Notes under the pieces: model-generated
The model's database searches: none
What the model saw: the letters and a program-made list of their open reading frames with translations, nothing else
What the model was told of the DNA's origin: nothing
Shown: piece by piece, positions 1-9,294 of the stretch
Layout: each line of letters opens with the position of its first letter
How positions within the stretch are numbered: the stretch's first letter is position 1
IMG/VR virus record: IMGVR_UViG_3300009678_001574
Reading direction: 5' to 3' (one strand)
DNA from: a virus
DNA: 36,749 bases
Translations under genes and position numbers: made by a program

Positions 1-1
1 T

Positions 2-178
2 GAAACAATCACTCGTGCCGTCGGTGAGGAAGCTTTTTCTTGGGCTATCGAACGCATATGCACTACTTTAACCAGTGGTTGGTTTAGGGAGTTCGCAATA
101 GAACACTGGCCATTGTGCGGGCCGCAAGCTGAAGACTATTCTTTTATGGATAAGTTTCTTAGCTGGGAGTTGAAATGA
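2..178 (+). CDS. C-terminal part of a hypothetical phage protein (5' end outside the window)
   Basis: Open frame from the window edge (...ERICTTLTSGWFREFAIEHW...ELK*). Its TGA overlaps the ATG at 175 (ATGA). Confidence 0.75.
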   Translation, partial: ETITRAVGEEAFSWAIERICTTLTSGWFREFAIEHWPLCGPQAEDYSFMDKFLSWELK

Positions 179-783
179 ACGATACCAAAGAGTCACATAG
201 GCATACCATTATGTCTCTGGCTAAGGAATCTTTAGCTGAACATACCCTAAGACAGGACATCAATACTCCTGACTTCAAGATATGGATTTGTAGGAAACCA
301 GAAAGTAGTTTCTACTGGTACAGAGTAATAGCTGTACCTGGTTGCCTGATTGTACAAGGTGATGTAGGTAATAGAATCTTCACCATGTACGACAGAGATC
401 CGGTAGGTTGGCTGCGTGGAGCTGTTGATTCCCCAGATTATGTAATGGGGAAATGCGAAGATAAGAGCAAGGACTTCCTTGTAGGTGAGGCTAAGAAGCT
501 CATAGCCGAGTTGAGAGTAGAAGAGCAGCCAGAGGATGAAGATGGCAATACGGACACTAGCATAGTAGAGAACAACGAGCTTAACAAGTCTAAGGCTGAT
601 GAGATTGAAGAGGCTTGGTCCGATGAACATGACTCTTATCAGTTCTCTAGAGCATACTATGAAGCCGGTCTTGAAACAGAAGACCTTTCTTTGTGCTATG
701 ATTTCAACTCTGACATTGTATGGTCGTATGCTTGCTTGAAAAGATTCATTGAACTTTTAGATACTCAGGTCACTAAGGCCTGA
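175..783 (+). CDS. hypothetical phage protein
   Basis: 202-aa ORF with GGAG upstream, coupled to the previous stop codon. Confidence 0.8.
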   Translation: MNDTKESHRHTIMSLAKESLAEHTLRQDINTPDFKIWICRKPESSFYWYRVIAVPGCLIVQGDVGNRIFTMYDRDPVGWLRGAVDSPDYVMGKCEDKSKDFLVGEAKKLIAELRVEEQPEDEDGNTDTSIVENNELNKSKADEIEEAWSDEHDSYQFSRAYYEAGLETEDLSLCYDFNSDIVWSYACLKRFIELLDTQVTKA

Positions 784-789
784 TTCACA

Positions 790-840
790 ACCTGCTCTAT
801 ACCGGCAAGAGATAGGTAAAAAAACAATAACCAAGCCGGT
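790..840 (+). promoter_or_regulatory. putative H-type pseudoknot just upstream of an RBS
   Basis: Stem ACCT/AGGT plus CTCT/AGAG (790-817). Loop ACCGGC (801-806) is complementary to GCCGGT (835-840). AAGGAG RBS follows. Confidence 0.4.
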
Positions 841-857
841 TGTTAAAGGAGAATGTT

Positions 858-1148
858 ATGAGTGAGAATAGTGGTATGTCGTTCCAACAGTTGAAGGAGC
901 GCCTTGGTCCCAGTGTTACTCGTGAGGAGTTGCTGAAGACGGCCAAGACGTTGAGCGTGCAGGTTCCTCTGCGCGAGCGAATCTACACCAAGACTCACCG
1001 TCCCAAGGGTGCTGAGGCTGACATCGATTTCGTCGTTGTCCCCAATCCCGTTGGTGGCCGTGACCTTTGGGTGCGGAAGTCGGAGTTCCCGGCGCTGTTG
1101 GCGGACCTGAACGCCTTTGCGCAGGACACTGGCCTGTCAGGTCAGTAA
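858..1148 (+). CDS. small hypothetical protein, probable paralog of 36429-36749
   Basis: AAGGAG RBS before ATG 858. Shares colinear motifs with the last gene of the window. Confidence 0.8.
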   Translation: MSENSGMSFQQLKERLGPSVTREELLKTAKTLSVQVPLRERIYTKTHRPKGAEADIDFVVVPNPVGGRDLWVRKSEFPALLADLNAFAQDTGLSGQ

Positions 1149-1155
1149 TAGGAAA

Positions 1156-1212
1156 TCAGGACTGTGGCCCCGAGGTCTTGGTATTTAACTGTAATTAACT
1201 TGTATCGGGGCT
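1156..1212 (+). other. putative H-type pseudoknot downstream of 858-1148
   Basis: Hairpin CAGGAC(1157-1162)/GTCTTG(1175-1180). Loop GCCCCGA (1167-1173) is the exact complement of TCGGGGC (1205-1211). Confidence 0.4.
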
Positions 1213-1218
1213 TATTTC

Positions 1219-1500
1219 ATGTCACACTCAGATAGACTACTTCTGTTAGCTTGCTTTAACATTGCTACTATACTTCTAGCATACCTCTTTAAGGGGTGGA
1301 TTAAAGAAGCGTGCTTGTTTGTGTGGTCCGACTTGAGTGCTAAGGCTGAATACTGTACGAAGCATAAACCATTTGGAGTGTGGCGAGCTTTCAATAGAGT
1401 CTTTATGACCCTTGCTATTGCCAAGTGGGTTACAACCTGTGTAGTCTTAGATGGCTACATCATTTACAACCTCATAACTGGTGCTCCACTATTCGGGTGA
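1219..1500 (+). CDS. small membrane protein
   Basis: 93 aa with two hydrophobic segments. Confidence 0.65.
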   Translation: MSHSDRLLLLACFNIATILLAYLFKGWIKEACLFVWSDLSAKAEYCTKHKPFGVWRAFNRVFMTLAIAKWVTTCVVLDGYIIYNLITGAPLFG

Positions 1501-1503
1501 AAA

Positions 1504-1803
1504 ATGTTTGTGACTGCCTTGGGAATGACAGTAGCTTATGTAGCTGTGTGCGCATTCTTTACTTCTTTGGTTTTCGGGATGTGGTATGGTACTTACCGAT
1601 ACATTACTGAGAACATTGAAAATCTAAAGTCGAAGAATTATACGTTTAAGGAAAAGGCTTTTAAGTTTTCTTCCTTTGTTATCATGGTATGTTGTGTGCT
1701 GGTTATGACTGGCGCTAATGTAGTTTTCTGGGCAAGGACTGGTTCTATCTTTACCGAACTTCGAGGGCAGAATACTTGTTGTAGTTGTGCTCACCGAGAT
1801 TAA
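1504..1803 (+). CDS. small membrane protein
   Basis: 99 aa with two hydrophobic segments and a Cys-rich tail. Confidence 0.7.
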   Translation: MFVTALGMTVAYVAVCAFFTSLVFGMWYGTYRYITENIENLKSKNYTFKEKAFKFSSFVIMVCCVLVMTGANVVFWARTGSIFTELRGQNTCCSCAHRD

Positions 1804-1811
1804 GGGTTAAT

Positions 1812-3080
1812 ATGAAGGTCATGGCTTTTGCGCTCGCGATTACCGCCGGATGTACTGGCCATGACGTACTCAATCCGACCTGTGGTAATGTTGGAGCTAA
1901 TCAGTGTTATGCTGTTCCTGGGGTTACCCCTGGTGTTTCGGCCGATGAGTCTTCTTACTACCTAGAAGAGTACCGTAGAGCTGCTGGTATCGGAGTTTGT
2001 AAGACTGGTATTCCAACTTGCGATAATGATTATAACGTCATTGCTTGTGATGGTGAAGGGCCTCTGCCCTCAAATGAGGTTTGCGACCTTCTAGATAACG
2101 ATTGTAATGGCATGACTGATGAGGGCTGGGACGGCGAGCCTCTCATTGCGCACGGTAAAGACGACACATGCGGAGAGTTCGGAGCTTGCGCGGGATACAA
2201 TGCCGTTTGCACTAACGGAGTATATGTTTGTCCGTATGACCCTCAACCCGAGGAGTGTGACGGAGTTGACAACGATTGCGATGCCCGCGTAGATGAAGAT
2301 GTGTTTGATAGCTGGACTATCGGACAGCGAGCTTGTTACAGTGGCAATCCTTTGGAGACTGCCGCTATTCCACCTTGCCGAGCTGGATTGCTAGAATGTC
2401 TGTATGGTGAAGTCATTTGTCTGAATGAGATAACTCCGAGCATTGAACGATGTGACGAAGTTGATAACGATTGTAATGGAGCTACTGACGATACTGGCGA
2501 TGTGTTGTCAACGAACTATGACATTGTATTCATCGTAGATACTTCTGGCTCTATGTGTGATGAGATTGCAGCTGTAGCAGGTGCTTGCAGTGCTTATACT
2601 GAACAGTTTGATAGCAATCCATACTTTAGATTTGCACTAGTTCTTATGTCTGCTGATACTGGAGAGCTTGTTCAAGTTGATACTGACTTCACCGACTTCT
2701 CAAATATTAGGGATAGACTGTTGAACCTTGGATGCTATGGTAGTGGTGCCGAAGCTTCTTTAGACTCTATGGAAATGGTTTGTAATAAGACCGATAATCA
2801 ACTTGGTCTATCCTGGAGAGATGACGCTAACGGATTGTTTTTTGCTTTCACAGATGAGCCACAACAATCCTATACCGACCCTCCTACAACCGCCCAGATG
2901 GTTATTGATTCGTGTATTAATAGTGGAGTGCTGCCATTCATTTGGTCGATGTATTCTATCCAGTTCCAATACATAGCTCAGGGCGGTAATGGACAACATT
3001 TCACTCTAGTGGATGATTGGGAAACCATTTTAGCTAACTTGAATAGTATCATTATTACCCTCTGCGGTGCTGATGACTAA
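1812..3080 (+). CDS. lipoprotein with Cys-rich MopE-like (DNDCxG) repeats and a C-terminal vWA domain
   Basis: Lipobox-like TAGC. Three ExCDxxDNDCxxxxD repeats. vWA MIDAS motif DIVFIVDTSGSM and later FTDE. Confidence 0.85.
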   Translation: MKVMAFALAITAGCTGHDVLNPTCGNVGANQCYAVPGVTPGVSADESSYYLEEYRRAAGIGVCKTGIPTCDNDYNVIACDGEGPLPSNEVCDLLDNDCNGMTDEGWDGEPLIAHGKDDTCGEFGACAGYNAVCTNGVYVCPYDPQPEECDGVDNDCDARVDEDVFDSWTIGQRACYSGNPLETAAIPPCRAGLLECLYGEVICLNEITPSIERCDEVDNDCNGATDDTGDVLSTNYDIVFIVDTSGSMCDEIAAVAGACSAYTEQFDSNPYFRFALVLMSADTGELVQVDTDFTDFSNIRDRLLNLGCYGSGAEASLDSMEMVCNKTDNQLGLSWRDDANGLFFAFTDEPQQSYTDPPTTAQMVIDSCINSGVLPFIWSMYSIQFQYIAQGGNGQHFTLVDDWETILANLNSIIITLCGADD

Positions 3081-3101
3081 CGATACTTAACGGAGAAATC
3101 T

Positions 3102-4856
3102 TTGACTAGCATTAAGACTCAGAAGGCTATGGGTATCATGGAAGGCATCAGCACTTTGCTTGATGACTACTCCACCATGGGTCTCTTCATCGGTGAGGTT
3201 GGCTATCAGCTAATCAGAGTTGAAGAGAATATTGATGTGGCCTACATTCAATATCCTTGCTTTGCTCGTCCATGCCCCAAGACTCCAAGGCATGGCTTTG
3301 TTGAGAGCCGTGTTGTAAAGACTGCTAAGGACCTTCATAAGCTGTGGGCAGAGGTTAAGGCTCAAGATGTGGATGGAGAAATTATCGTTGGTCCTTTTAT
3401 TAAGGATGCTAACTACAATGCTGTATATGTTAGTAGTGGTATCCTATCGGTTGGGCCCGGTCATGATGGAGCAACTGGTGGAAAGAAGAGTATTAGCTTT
3501 CCTGTTGCGCCGCATAGGTTTAGCTCGTCTTTCCATGACCTGGTGAGAATCAAAAAGTCTGATGCTATGTACCTAGAGTCGGTTAGTAATCGCAAGGCTG
3601 GCTGGCATCTTACTCAGGTTCGTGGTGGTCCTCATCTTAGAGGCGGGAAGAAGGATTATGTACCAGAGTCTGTCAAGATTAAGAAGGTTGTTCTTCCTAG
3701 CAGTGATCTGCTTGAGTGGGAGCAAAAGGTTAAGGGTCTTGACAAGGGCACTGTGGTATACGGCCTTGGTCATACTCTGGCCAGTCACGCAGCAGTTCAT
3801 TGCATTCTTCACAAAGTCCCATTCGTAACTAGCTTTAAGCCTGAAGTTGGAACCATTTTGACTCCAACTACAAAAGGTGGCAGCTCTGGTCTGAATAGGA
3901 TTCAGTTCAAGCGTGGTGTTAAGGCTGCACTTGATATGAATTATAAGAACCCTATCAAGCATCTTGGTTTTGCTTTGGCGGTTCTGCATAACTGGGCATA
4001 CCTTAGGAAGTCTGATTATGCTCCAGAGTTGCTTGGTGCTGCCGTCACCACCTTTGTTAAGATTGGTACAGCATTGTGTCTTGGGGAATGGCGTCATGGT
4101 TCCGGTGGTCCAAAGGGAGGGCGCGAAGGTATCTATAAGAAGGTCATGAACAAGGGCTTTACTTATATCTACCGTACTCCAGACGCCTTCAAGAACTTTT
4201 ACCAAGACAATTGGACCGAAGGTTTCGGTGGTCTTTCCTGGGCAAACTGTGCATGGTATGCCTATGAAATGTGGAAGCAGGTAATCAGCATTTACAATGC
4301 AAAGCGAACTAATATCTCTGATAGAGAAGTGGCATCGCTCATTGACAAAATGAACAGAGCCATTACTATGGCTCATAATAACGGGTGGTGGTTTAACAAG
4401 ATTACTGATGAGTCTTTGATGGACTTGGCTGCTGACCAACCTGGCCTATTGGCGTTCTGCTTGGCTGATATGTTCGTGTCTGTTAAGAACAGTGCGAACA
4501 AGGTTAAGTCAGTAAAGAAGAACCTTGCCAAGTTGCCTCACTTGAAGCCTCCGTTTGCAAAAGACCATAAGGGTAATGTTGTCTGGGCCTTTGTTGAAAT
4601 TGACTTAGATGAATGCCAAGATGAGTGTTGCTATGACGAACACAGCAGTGAAACAACGGTCACTATTCAATCTGGCGGCGATGATGGAGATTACACAACG
4701 AGGTATGTAAATCTTTCCAAGAAAGAACTTTCACTCGTTAAACGAGCAGCTAGTAAGTATGCGAGCAATCGTGCATATCTTAAAGCAGTTCCTAGGAAGG
4801 GTTTCAAGATGCCGGGCGGAAGACTAATCAAGTACAAGAACGTGGTGCCAGTATGA
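3102..4856 (+). CDS. PEP-synthase/PPDK-like phosphotransferase (ATP-grasp-like domain, phosphohistidine swivel domain, unknown C-terminal domain)
   Basis: LASHAAVHCILHKVPFV matches the swivel motif SHAAxxxxxxxxPxV. GPGHDGATGG and YLE...LTQVR resemble the PPDK nucleotide-binding domain. TTG start with GGAG RBS. Confidence 0.6.
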   Translation: MTSIKTQKAMGIMEGISTLLDDYSTMGLFIGEVGYQLIRVEENIDVAYIQYPCFARPCPKTPRHGFVESRVVKTAKDLHKLWAEVKAQDVDGEIIVGPFIKDANYNAVYVSSGILSVGPGHDGATGGKKSISFPVAPHRFSSSFHDLVRIKKSDAMYLESVSNRKAGWHLTQVRGGPHLRGGKKDYVPESVKIKKVVLPSSDLLEWEQKVKGLDKGTVVYGLGHTLASHAAVHCILHKVPFVTSFKPEVGTILTPTTKGGSSGLNRIQFKRGVKAALDMNYKNPIKHLGFALAVLHNWAYLRKSDYAPELLGAAVTTFVKIGTALCLGEWRHGSGGPKGGREGIYKKVMNKGFTYIYRTPDAFKNFYQDNWTEGFGGLSWANCAWYAYEMWKQVISIYNAKRTNISDREVASLIDKMNRAITMAHNNGWWFNKITDESLMDLAADQPGLLAFCLADMFVSVKNSANKVKSVKKNLAKLPHLKPPFAKDHKGNVVWAFVEIDLDECQDECCYDEHSSETTVTIQSGGDDGDYTTRYVNLSKKELSLVKRAASKYASNRAYLKAVPRKGFKMPGGRLIKYKNVVPV

Positions 4857-5527
4857 TAATGAAAAGATGTCATCACTATCCTACATTGGTAGCTAGCATA
4901 GATAGTATTAACTATTATTGCGCCGACCTAGAAGGCTCAAGTGCCTACGAAGGCAAGGTAATAGTTAATCTTACTGGCATAGGTAATATTCCAAATCCGT
5001 CCAAGGTTCCACAAGAATTATCAGAGCATGTAGAATCTAACATCAACGAGATTGTTATTCCTTGGGCAGACTTTGGTCCTCCTAGGGTAAAGAACTCTTT
5101 CTGGCCAGCTCTTCATGGGTACTTAAAGAAGATTGGTGTAGATGAGGTTTGTATTCATTGTGAGGGTGGTCACGGTAGAACTGGCACGGCGATGAGTGCC
5201 TTGCTTGTGTCTGTCGTTGGCTGGAGTGCCAAGGAAGCTGTCGAGTGGGTAAGAGATAATCATTGTAGAGAGGCTGTAGAGACTCCAGAGCAATGCGAAT
5301 ATCTCTGTGCCCTTGACATAGAGTACAATGATAGGAAGATTTTAGAAGACGAAGCTCCTATGCCATCTTTGTACATATCCTGGGATGACTCAACTACTGT
5401 GGAAGAACAAGAAGACGAGGAGACCGAAGAAGAATCAGAGGACGTCAAGAACGCCGGCTGGCAATTTAATGACGACGGCGAGCGGTCTGAAGATTACGAC
5501 AACAAGAAGGAAAAGGAAGATGACTAG
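4853..5527 (+). CDS. dual-specificity/tyrosine protein phosphatase (Cys-based)
   Basis: HCEGGHGRTG catalytic loop, upstream WADFG acid loop, AVETPEQ Q-loop, acidic tail. Confidence 0.9.
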   Translation: MIMKRCHHYPTLVASIDSINYYCADLEGSSAYEGKVIVNLTGIGNIPNPSKVPQELSEHVESNINEIVIPWADFGPPRVKNSFWPALHGYLKKIGVDEVCIHCEGGHGRTGTAMSALLVSVVGWSAKEAVEWVRDNHCREAVETPEQCEYLCALDIEYNDRKILEDEAPMPSLYISWDDSTTVEEQEDEETEEESEDVKNAGWQFNDDGERSEDYDNKKEKEDD

Positions 5528-6200
5528 CCCAGAGTTCAGACAGCTTGCCGACCAGATTGAAAAGGAAGTCTCTGCCGCATCAGGTGGTATGGATGGTTGG
5601 ACTGACTTGGTTCGCAGAGCCGCTTTTAAGGGCTTGACCGCTGGATATAAACTTGGCTTATATGATAGTGATATTGAAGCTAGGGTTTCTGAAGTCGAGG
5701 CGGCAGAGCTAGAAGAATTGAAGTCTTGGGCTTCTAAAGCGCACGGTGGACAGCAATACGATAACAGACCGTATTCGGTTCACCTTGAAGCAGTTGAAAA
5801 AGTGGTTGCTAGATTTGGCCATCACTTCAAGGGCTCTGACTTGATTTTAATGCGTAGGTGTTCGTGGCTGCATGATGTTCTTGAAGATACTTCTGTATCG
5901 TTTGACCAGCTACGTTCTGTTGCTGGTGCTGTAGAAGCATCATTGGTCCAATTGGTTACTGATGAGCCTGGGGTTAATCGCAAGGAGCGTAAATCTAAGA
6001 CTTATCCCAAAATTAGAACATCACCGCTTGCTATAGCTTTAAAGTTAGCAGACCGCATTGCTAACGTAGAGAATGCTAGAGAGACGAAATATTCCTTAAT
6101 CAACATGTATAAGAAGGAGCATCCTGACTTCCGCAGAGAGCTGTATCAAACTGGTATGTTTGACGATATGTGGGAGCATCTAGATAGCCTGTTGAAATGA
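5520..6200 (+). CDS. HD-domain hydrolase, RelA/SpoT (small alarmone hydrolase/Mesh1)-like
   Basis: AHGGQ...PYSVH, LHDVLEDT and LKLADRIAN motifs. Start ATG 5520 overlaps the upstream gene. Confidence 0.85.
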   Translation: MTSPEFRQLADQIEKEVSAASGGMDGWTDLVRRAAFKGLTAGYKLGLYDSDIEARVSEVEAAELEELKSWASKAHGGQQYDNRPYSVHLEAVEKVVARFGHHFKGSDLILMRRCSWLHDVLEDTSVSFDQLRSVAGAVEASLVQLVTDEPGVNRKERKSKTYPKIRTSPLAIALKLADRIANVENARETKYSLINMYKKEHPDFRRELYQTGMFDDMWEHLDSLLK

Positions 6201-6739
6201 GTAACATCAGATTGGATAAGGTGATTGTCTTCGACCTGGAAGCAACCTGTTGGGCTACAGAGGAAGAACAACGCCTTACTCCTTCTGAAATCATTGAGAT
6301 TGGTGCTTGTCTTTTAGATGTTCGTACTGGAGAAATCAGTAAGAAAACCAGGTATATTATTCGACCAAAGGTTCTAGAGATAAGCCAATATTGCACCGAC
6401 CTAACTGGACACACAGTAGATTCGGTAAAGAAGGGCATACCTTTTTCAGATGCCTGTAATAAGTTCAAGAAAGAATTTGGCACCACTAATAAGATAAGTG
6501 CAGCTTATGGGAATGACATAAGTAGTCTGGATAAAGAATGTCAGCGCTACGGCATAGTTAACCCTCTTAGTTCCTCCTATATAAACATAAGTCATTTGTT
6601 TGCTCTAAAATATAAGAACTCCAAGATGTCTCTTGAGCAAGCCTTGAAGAAGATTGACGAGCAGTTTGAAGGAACTCCGCATCATGGTGATGATGATGCA
6701 TTGAATGCTGCTAAACTATTAAGGAAAATACTGTCATGA
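6197..6739 (+). CDS. DEDDh 3'-5' exonuclease (ERI1/KapD-like)
   Basis: FDLEATCW, EIIEIGA, CTDLTG and HHGDDDA motifs. Confidence 0.9.
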   Translation: MSNIRLDKVIVFDLEATCWATEEEQRLTPSEIIEIGACLLDVRTGEISKKTRYIIRPKVLEISQYCTDLTGHTVDSVKKGIPFSDACNKFKKEFGTTNKISAAYGNDISSLDKECQRYGIVNPLSSSYINISHLFALKYKNSKMSLEQALKKIDEQFEGTPHHGDDDALNAAKLLRKILS

Positions 6740-7173
6740 GTAATGAACCTCAAGTCAAAGAAATTGCCGAAGAGATTATGAACAATAAGGAGTTCAAGCA
6801 ACTTCTTATTCGTTCTCTTGTTGGCTTTCTGGTTGGCAAGAACAGTGAGATGGAGAATATTAAGAGCGAGGTTATGAGAACTGTTCGTGACACTCTTGAT
6901 GAACAGGTCAGTCTTACCATTGACTCCGCTAAGGATTCGGTTAAGGCTAAGGCAAAAAATTACATCGAGAATAATGTTCTTACTAGAATGGATAATCAGC
7001 TTGAGCACCTCACTTCACGCTTTACTCCAGATTATGTTAGTAAGCTCATCATTCAAGAGTTCACTAATGCCGTAAGGCAGAAGTGCATGGATACAGTTGT
7101 ATCTTTTAAGTTGGGTGATGTTCTTAGTGAGACGGGCTTGCGTAGTCACTACCGCCCGTATGACGATGACTAG
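6736..7173 (+). CDS. hypothetical protein
   Basis: 145-aa helical ORF with ATGA overlap. Confidence 0.75.
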   Translation: MSNEPQVKEIAEEIMNNKEFKQLLIRSLVGFLVGKNSEMENIKSEVMRTVRDTLDEQVSLTIDSAKDSVKAKAKNYIENNVLTRMDNQLEHLTSRFTPDYVSKLIIQEFTNAVRQKCMDTVVSFKLGDVLSETGLRSHYRPYDDD

Positions 7174-7181
7174 ATTAGCAT

Positions 7182-7258
7182 ATGCCCGTAGCTCAGTTGG
7201 ACAGAGCGCCAGCCTTCTAAGCTGGGGGTCGCTGGTTCGATCCCAGCCGGGCATGCCA
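7182..7258 (+). tRNA. tRNA-Arg(TCT)
   Basis: Acceptor stem ATGCCCG/CGGGCAT, anticodon arm CCAGC-CTTCTAA-GCTGG, TTCGATC T-loop, encoded CCA. Confidence 0.97.
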
Positions 7259-7435
7259 TCTCTTTTGTTGTCGGCCATTTTATTGTTTCCGACGTTCTCA
7301 GCAATAGACCCCATTAGCCCAACACGGCCAATGGAGTCCCATCTTTTAGAAGATTCCTTCCCGCCAGCAATTTTTTATTTTGCTGGAGTGAGCACTTTTG
7401 CTGCGCTTTCTATGGCGCTGTATCTAAGAAAATGA
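7253..7435 (+). CDS. possible 60-aa membrane peptide whose start codon lies in the tRNA-Arg acceptor stem
   Basis: MPSLLLSAILLF... with a C-terminal hydrophobic helix. Fills the gap and its stop overlaps ATG 7432. Confidence 0.45.
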   Translation: MPSLLLSAILLFPTFSAIDPISPTRPMESHLLEDSFPPAIFYFAGVSTFAALSMALYLRK

Positions 7436-7656
7436 AATACATTCTACTACTTGCCTTATGCTCCTGTGTACATACCAAAGTATACAGAGTAGATAGGCAT
7501 GAAAAGATTATCGAAGTAAGCGACTATACCACTAAAAATATGCACCGAATAGCCTTTCTCACAAAGAGAAAGGCCGAACTATTGGGTTGCAAGAAGATTG
7601 AATTTTTGGAATTGGACGCTCAACACGCACGAGCATTGTGCACAGAGCAGGAATAG
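7432..7656 (+). CDS. small lipoprotein
   Basis: MKYILLLALCSC lipobox-like N-terminus. Confidence 0.7.
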   Translation: MKYILLLALCSCVHTKVYRVDRHEKIIEVSDYTTKNMHRIAFLTKRKAELLGCKKIEFLELDAQHARALCTEQE

Positions 7657-7669
7657 TTGTATGAGAAAT

Positions 7670-7966
7670 ATGTCTCTTAAAACAAAGTACTCTATAGGGC
7701 AAGAGGTATATTACATAAAGGAAGCTCTAAGAAAGATTCTTGTTTGCGCTAGTTGCAATACAACTCGCAGTGAATATCATAAAGTAGTGGCGAAGGCTAA
7801 AATTAAAGATATTAGTTTTACTGGCAGCATCAGAGGCAAGGCGCAGAAAACTACGTATAGCTATTTGATATCTAATAGTATGGGATATAATATGGCTGAG
7901 AATGACTTGTACGCGACGAAAGAAGAGGCAGAGGCTAAGCGTGGGCACAAGAAAGGAATCTACTAA
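7670..7966 (+). CDS. hypothetical protein with a CxxC motif
   Basis: KYSIGQEVYYI N-terminus typical of small beta-barrel phage proteins; CASC. Start could be 7661. Confidence 0.7.
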   Translation: MSLKTKYSIGQEVYYIKEALRKILVCASCNTTRSEYHKVVAKAKIKDISFTGSIRGKAQKTTYSYLISNSMGYNMAENDLYATKEEAEAKRGHKKGIY

Positions 7967-8513
7967 CATAGATAGTGCTACTGCTTTTAGGGGCGAGACC
8001 AGAAGAGAGCGTTATATACGCAAGCTCCAAACAGCTAGTATGATGCCTATCTCCGTAGCTACAATTAACTTTAGTAAGGAAGCTAATATAGCCTATGTGG
8101 TTAGGGCCGCTGTGTGCTTTGGTGCCTTCGAGGTTTGTTTAATCGGCAATACTCCTAATCGAGATATTATGAATGACCTCTCTGGCAGCACATATGATTA
8201 CATTAAGTTTAACAGGTTTGCCAATGTGTCCGACTTCGTAGATTACAATAAACAAAACGACATCGGCCTTATAACCTTTGAACTTCCTAGTGAGCAGTTT
8301 CCCTCTCAGCCCCTTGACCAATACAAGTTTGATTTCACCAAGAGACATTGCATAGTTGTGGGCCACGAAACTATTGGTGTGCCTGTCGAGATTATGCTTA
8401 ACTCTGAGCGAGTATATGTACCCATGCCTGGTGCTGGCTTTTGTTTGAACACAGCACAAGCTGCTAACATAGCTATGTATGAGGCTGCTAGACAATATGG
8501 AGCAAGACGATGA
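7941..8513 (+). CDS. SpoU/TrmH-family RNA 2'-O-methyltransferase
   Basis: NIAYVVRAAVCFG, VVGHETIGV and VPMPGAGFCLNTAQA SPOUT motifs. Start uncertain; GTG 7941 chosen. Confidence 0.9.
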   Translation: MGTRKESTNIDSATAFRGETRRERYIRKLQTASMMPISVATINFSKEANIAYVVRAAVCFGAFEVCLIGNTPNRDIMNDLSGSTYDYIKFNRFANVSDFVDYNKQNDIGLITFELPSEQFPSQPLDQYKFDFTKRHCIVVGHETIGVPVEIMLNSERVYVPMPGAGFCLNTAQAANIAMYEAARQYGARR

Positions 8514-8977
8514 CTGAATATAGATTGTTCAAATGCACTGGCTGTCCTAATCAGGTACGGGAAGACCATAAGTTTTGTAGCCAGTGTGGCGCATCTGTAG
8601 TCGTTCCAGTTGAAAATCACGTTGTTAGCTCTGCCTACAGGAAGGTTTTAGGGACATGGCGAGTGTCTACTGAAGGCGACTGTGAGGGTAGGTCTACTCG
8701 CGACCTTGGTGTCCATACCGGATATGTAGATGAAATTGCCAGGTCGCTCGGCGCGTCAGCTATGTATTCTCTTCAGTTTAAGGCTCTGAATATTCCAGAG
8801 AAGCACACACCTGATAGTAAAGTTAAGAAGGTAAGTGTTAGTTTCGATATCGATTCTAAGACATGGGACTTGACACCCGAGCAAAGATTTAATGTAGCTC
8901 GGAGGCTGTTCAAGGATAGGCCAGTAAGAGTAAGCCAGGGACAATACTACGCTAGTTTTATCTTGGAGTTTGATTAA
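8510..8977 (+). CDS. hypothetical protein with an N-terminal zinc ribbon
   Basis: CTGC...KFCSQCGA. Confidence 0.8.
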   Translation: MTEYRLFKCTGCPNQVREDHKFCSQCGASVVVPVENHVVSSAYRKVLGTWRVSTEGDCEGRSTRDLGVHTGYVDEIARSLGASAMYSLQFKALNIPEKHTPDSKVKKVSVSFDIDSKTWDLTPEQRFNVARRLFKDRPVRVSQGQYYASFILEFD

Positions 8978-9294
8978 TGGACATCATCCAGAAGACTTTC
9001 AAGATTGTCAGTGAGCATTTAGAGCTTAAGGATAATTGGGGCAACAATCCGTATATGCCTAAGGAAAAGTTTGAGGCTCTATTAAAGGAGCTGCAAGAGC
9101 ATGTATCCCAAACTTTCAAGATTGGTGAGCGGCATGGTGAAATGCTTGCACTGAGTAAGCTAAGCATGGCTCATAACAAGTTCTTTGAAGACGCAAAGAA
9201 AGATGCTGAGCTAAAAGATACCGATATAGAAAGCACATCTCGCTACTTAAAGTGGCTTGAGACTTTCAATAAGAAAGAAACGCCTAATGTCTAG
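8977..9294 (+). CDS. hypothetical protein
   Basis: TAATG overlap; 105 aa. Confidence 0.7.
   Translation: MDIIQKTFKIVSEHLELKDNWGNNPYMPKEKFEALLKELQEHVSQTFKIGERHGEMLALSKLSMAHNKFFEDAKKDAELKDTDIESTSRYLKWLETFNKKETPNV

Noticed and set aside
3070-3100. CTGATGA...GAAA resembling a hammerhead core
   Set aside because: No stem II closes between the motifs, and the sequence is explained by codons and an RBS.
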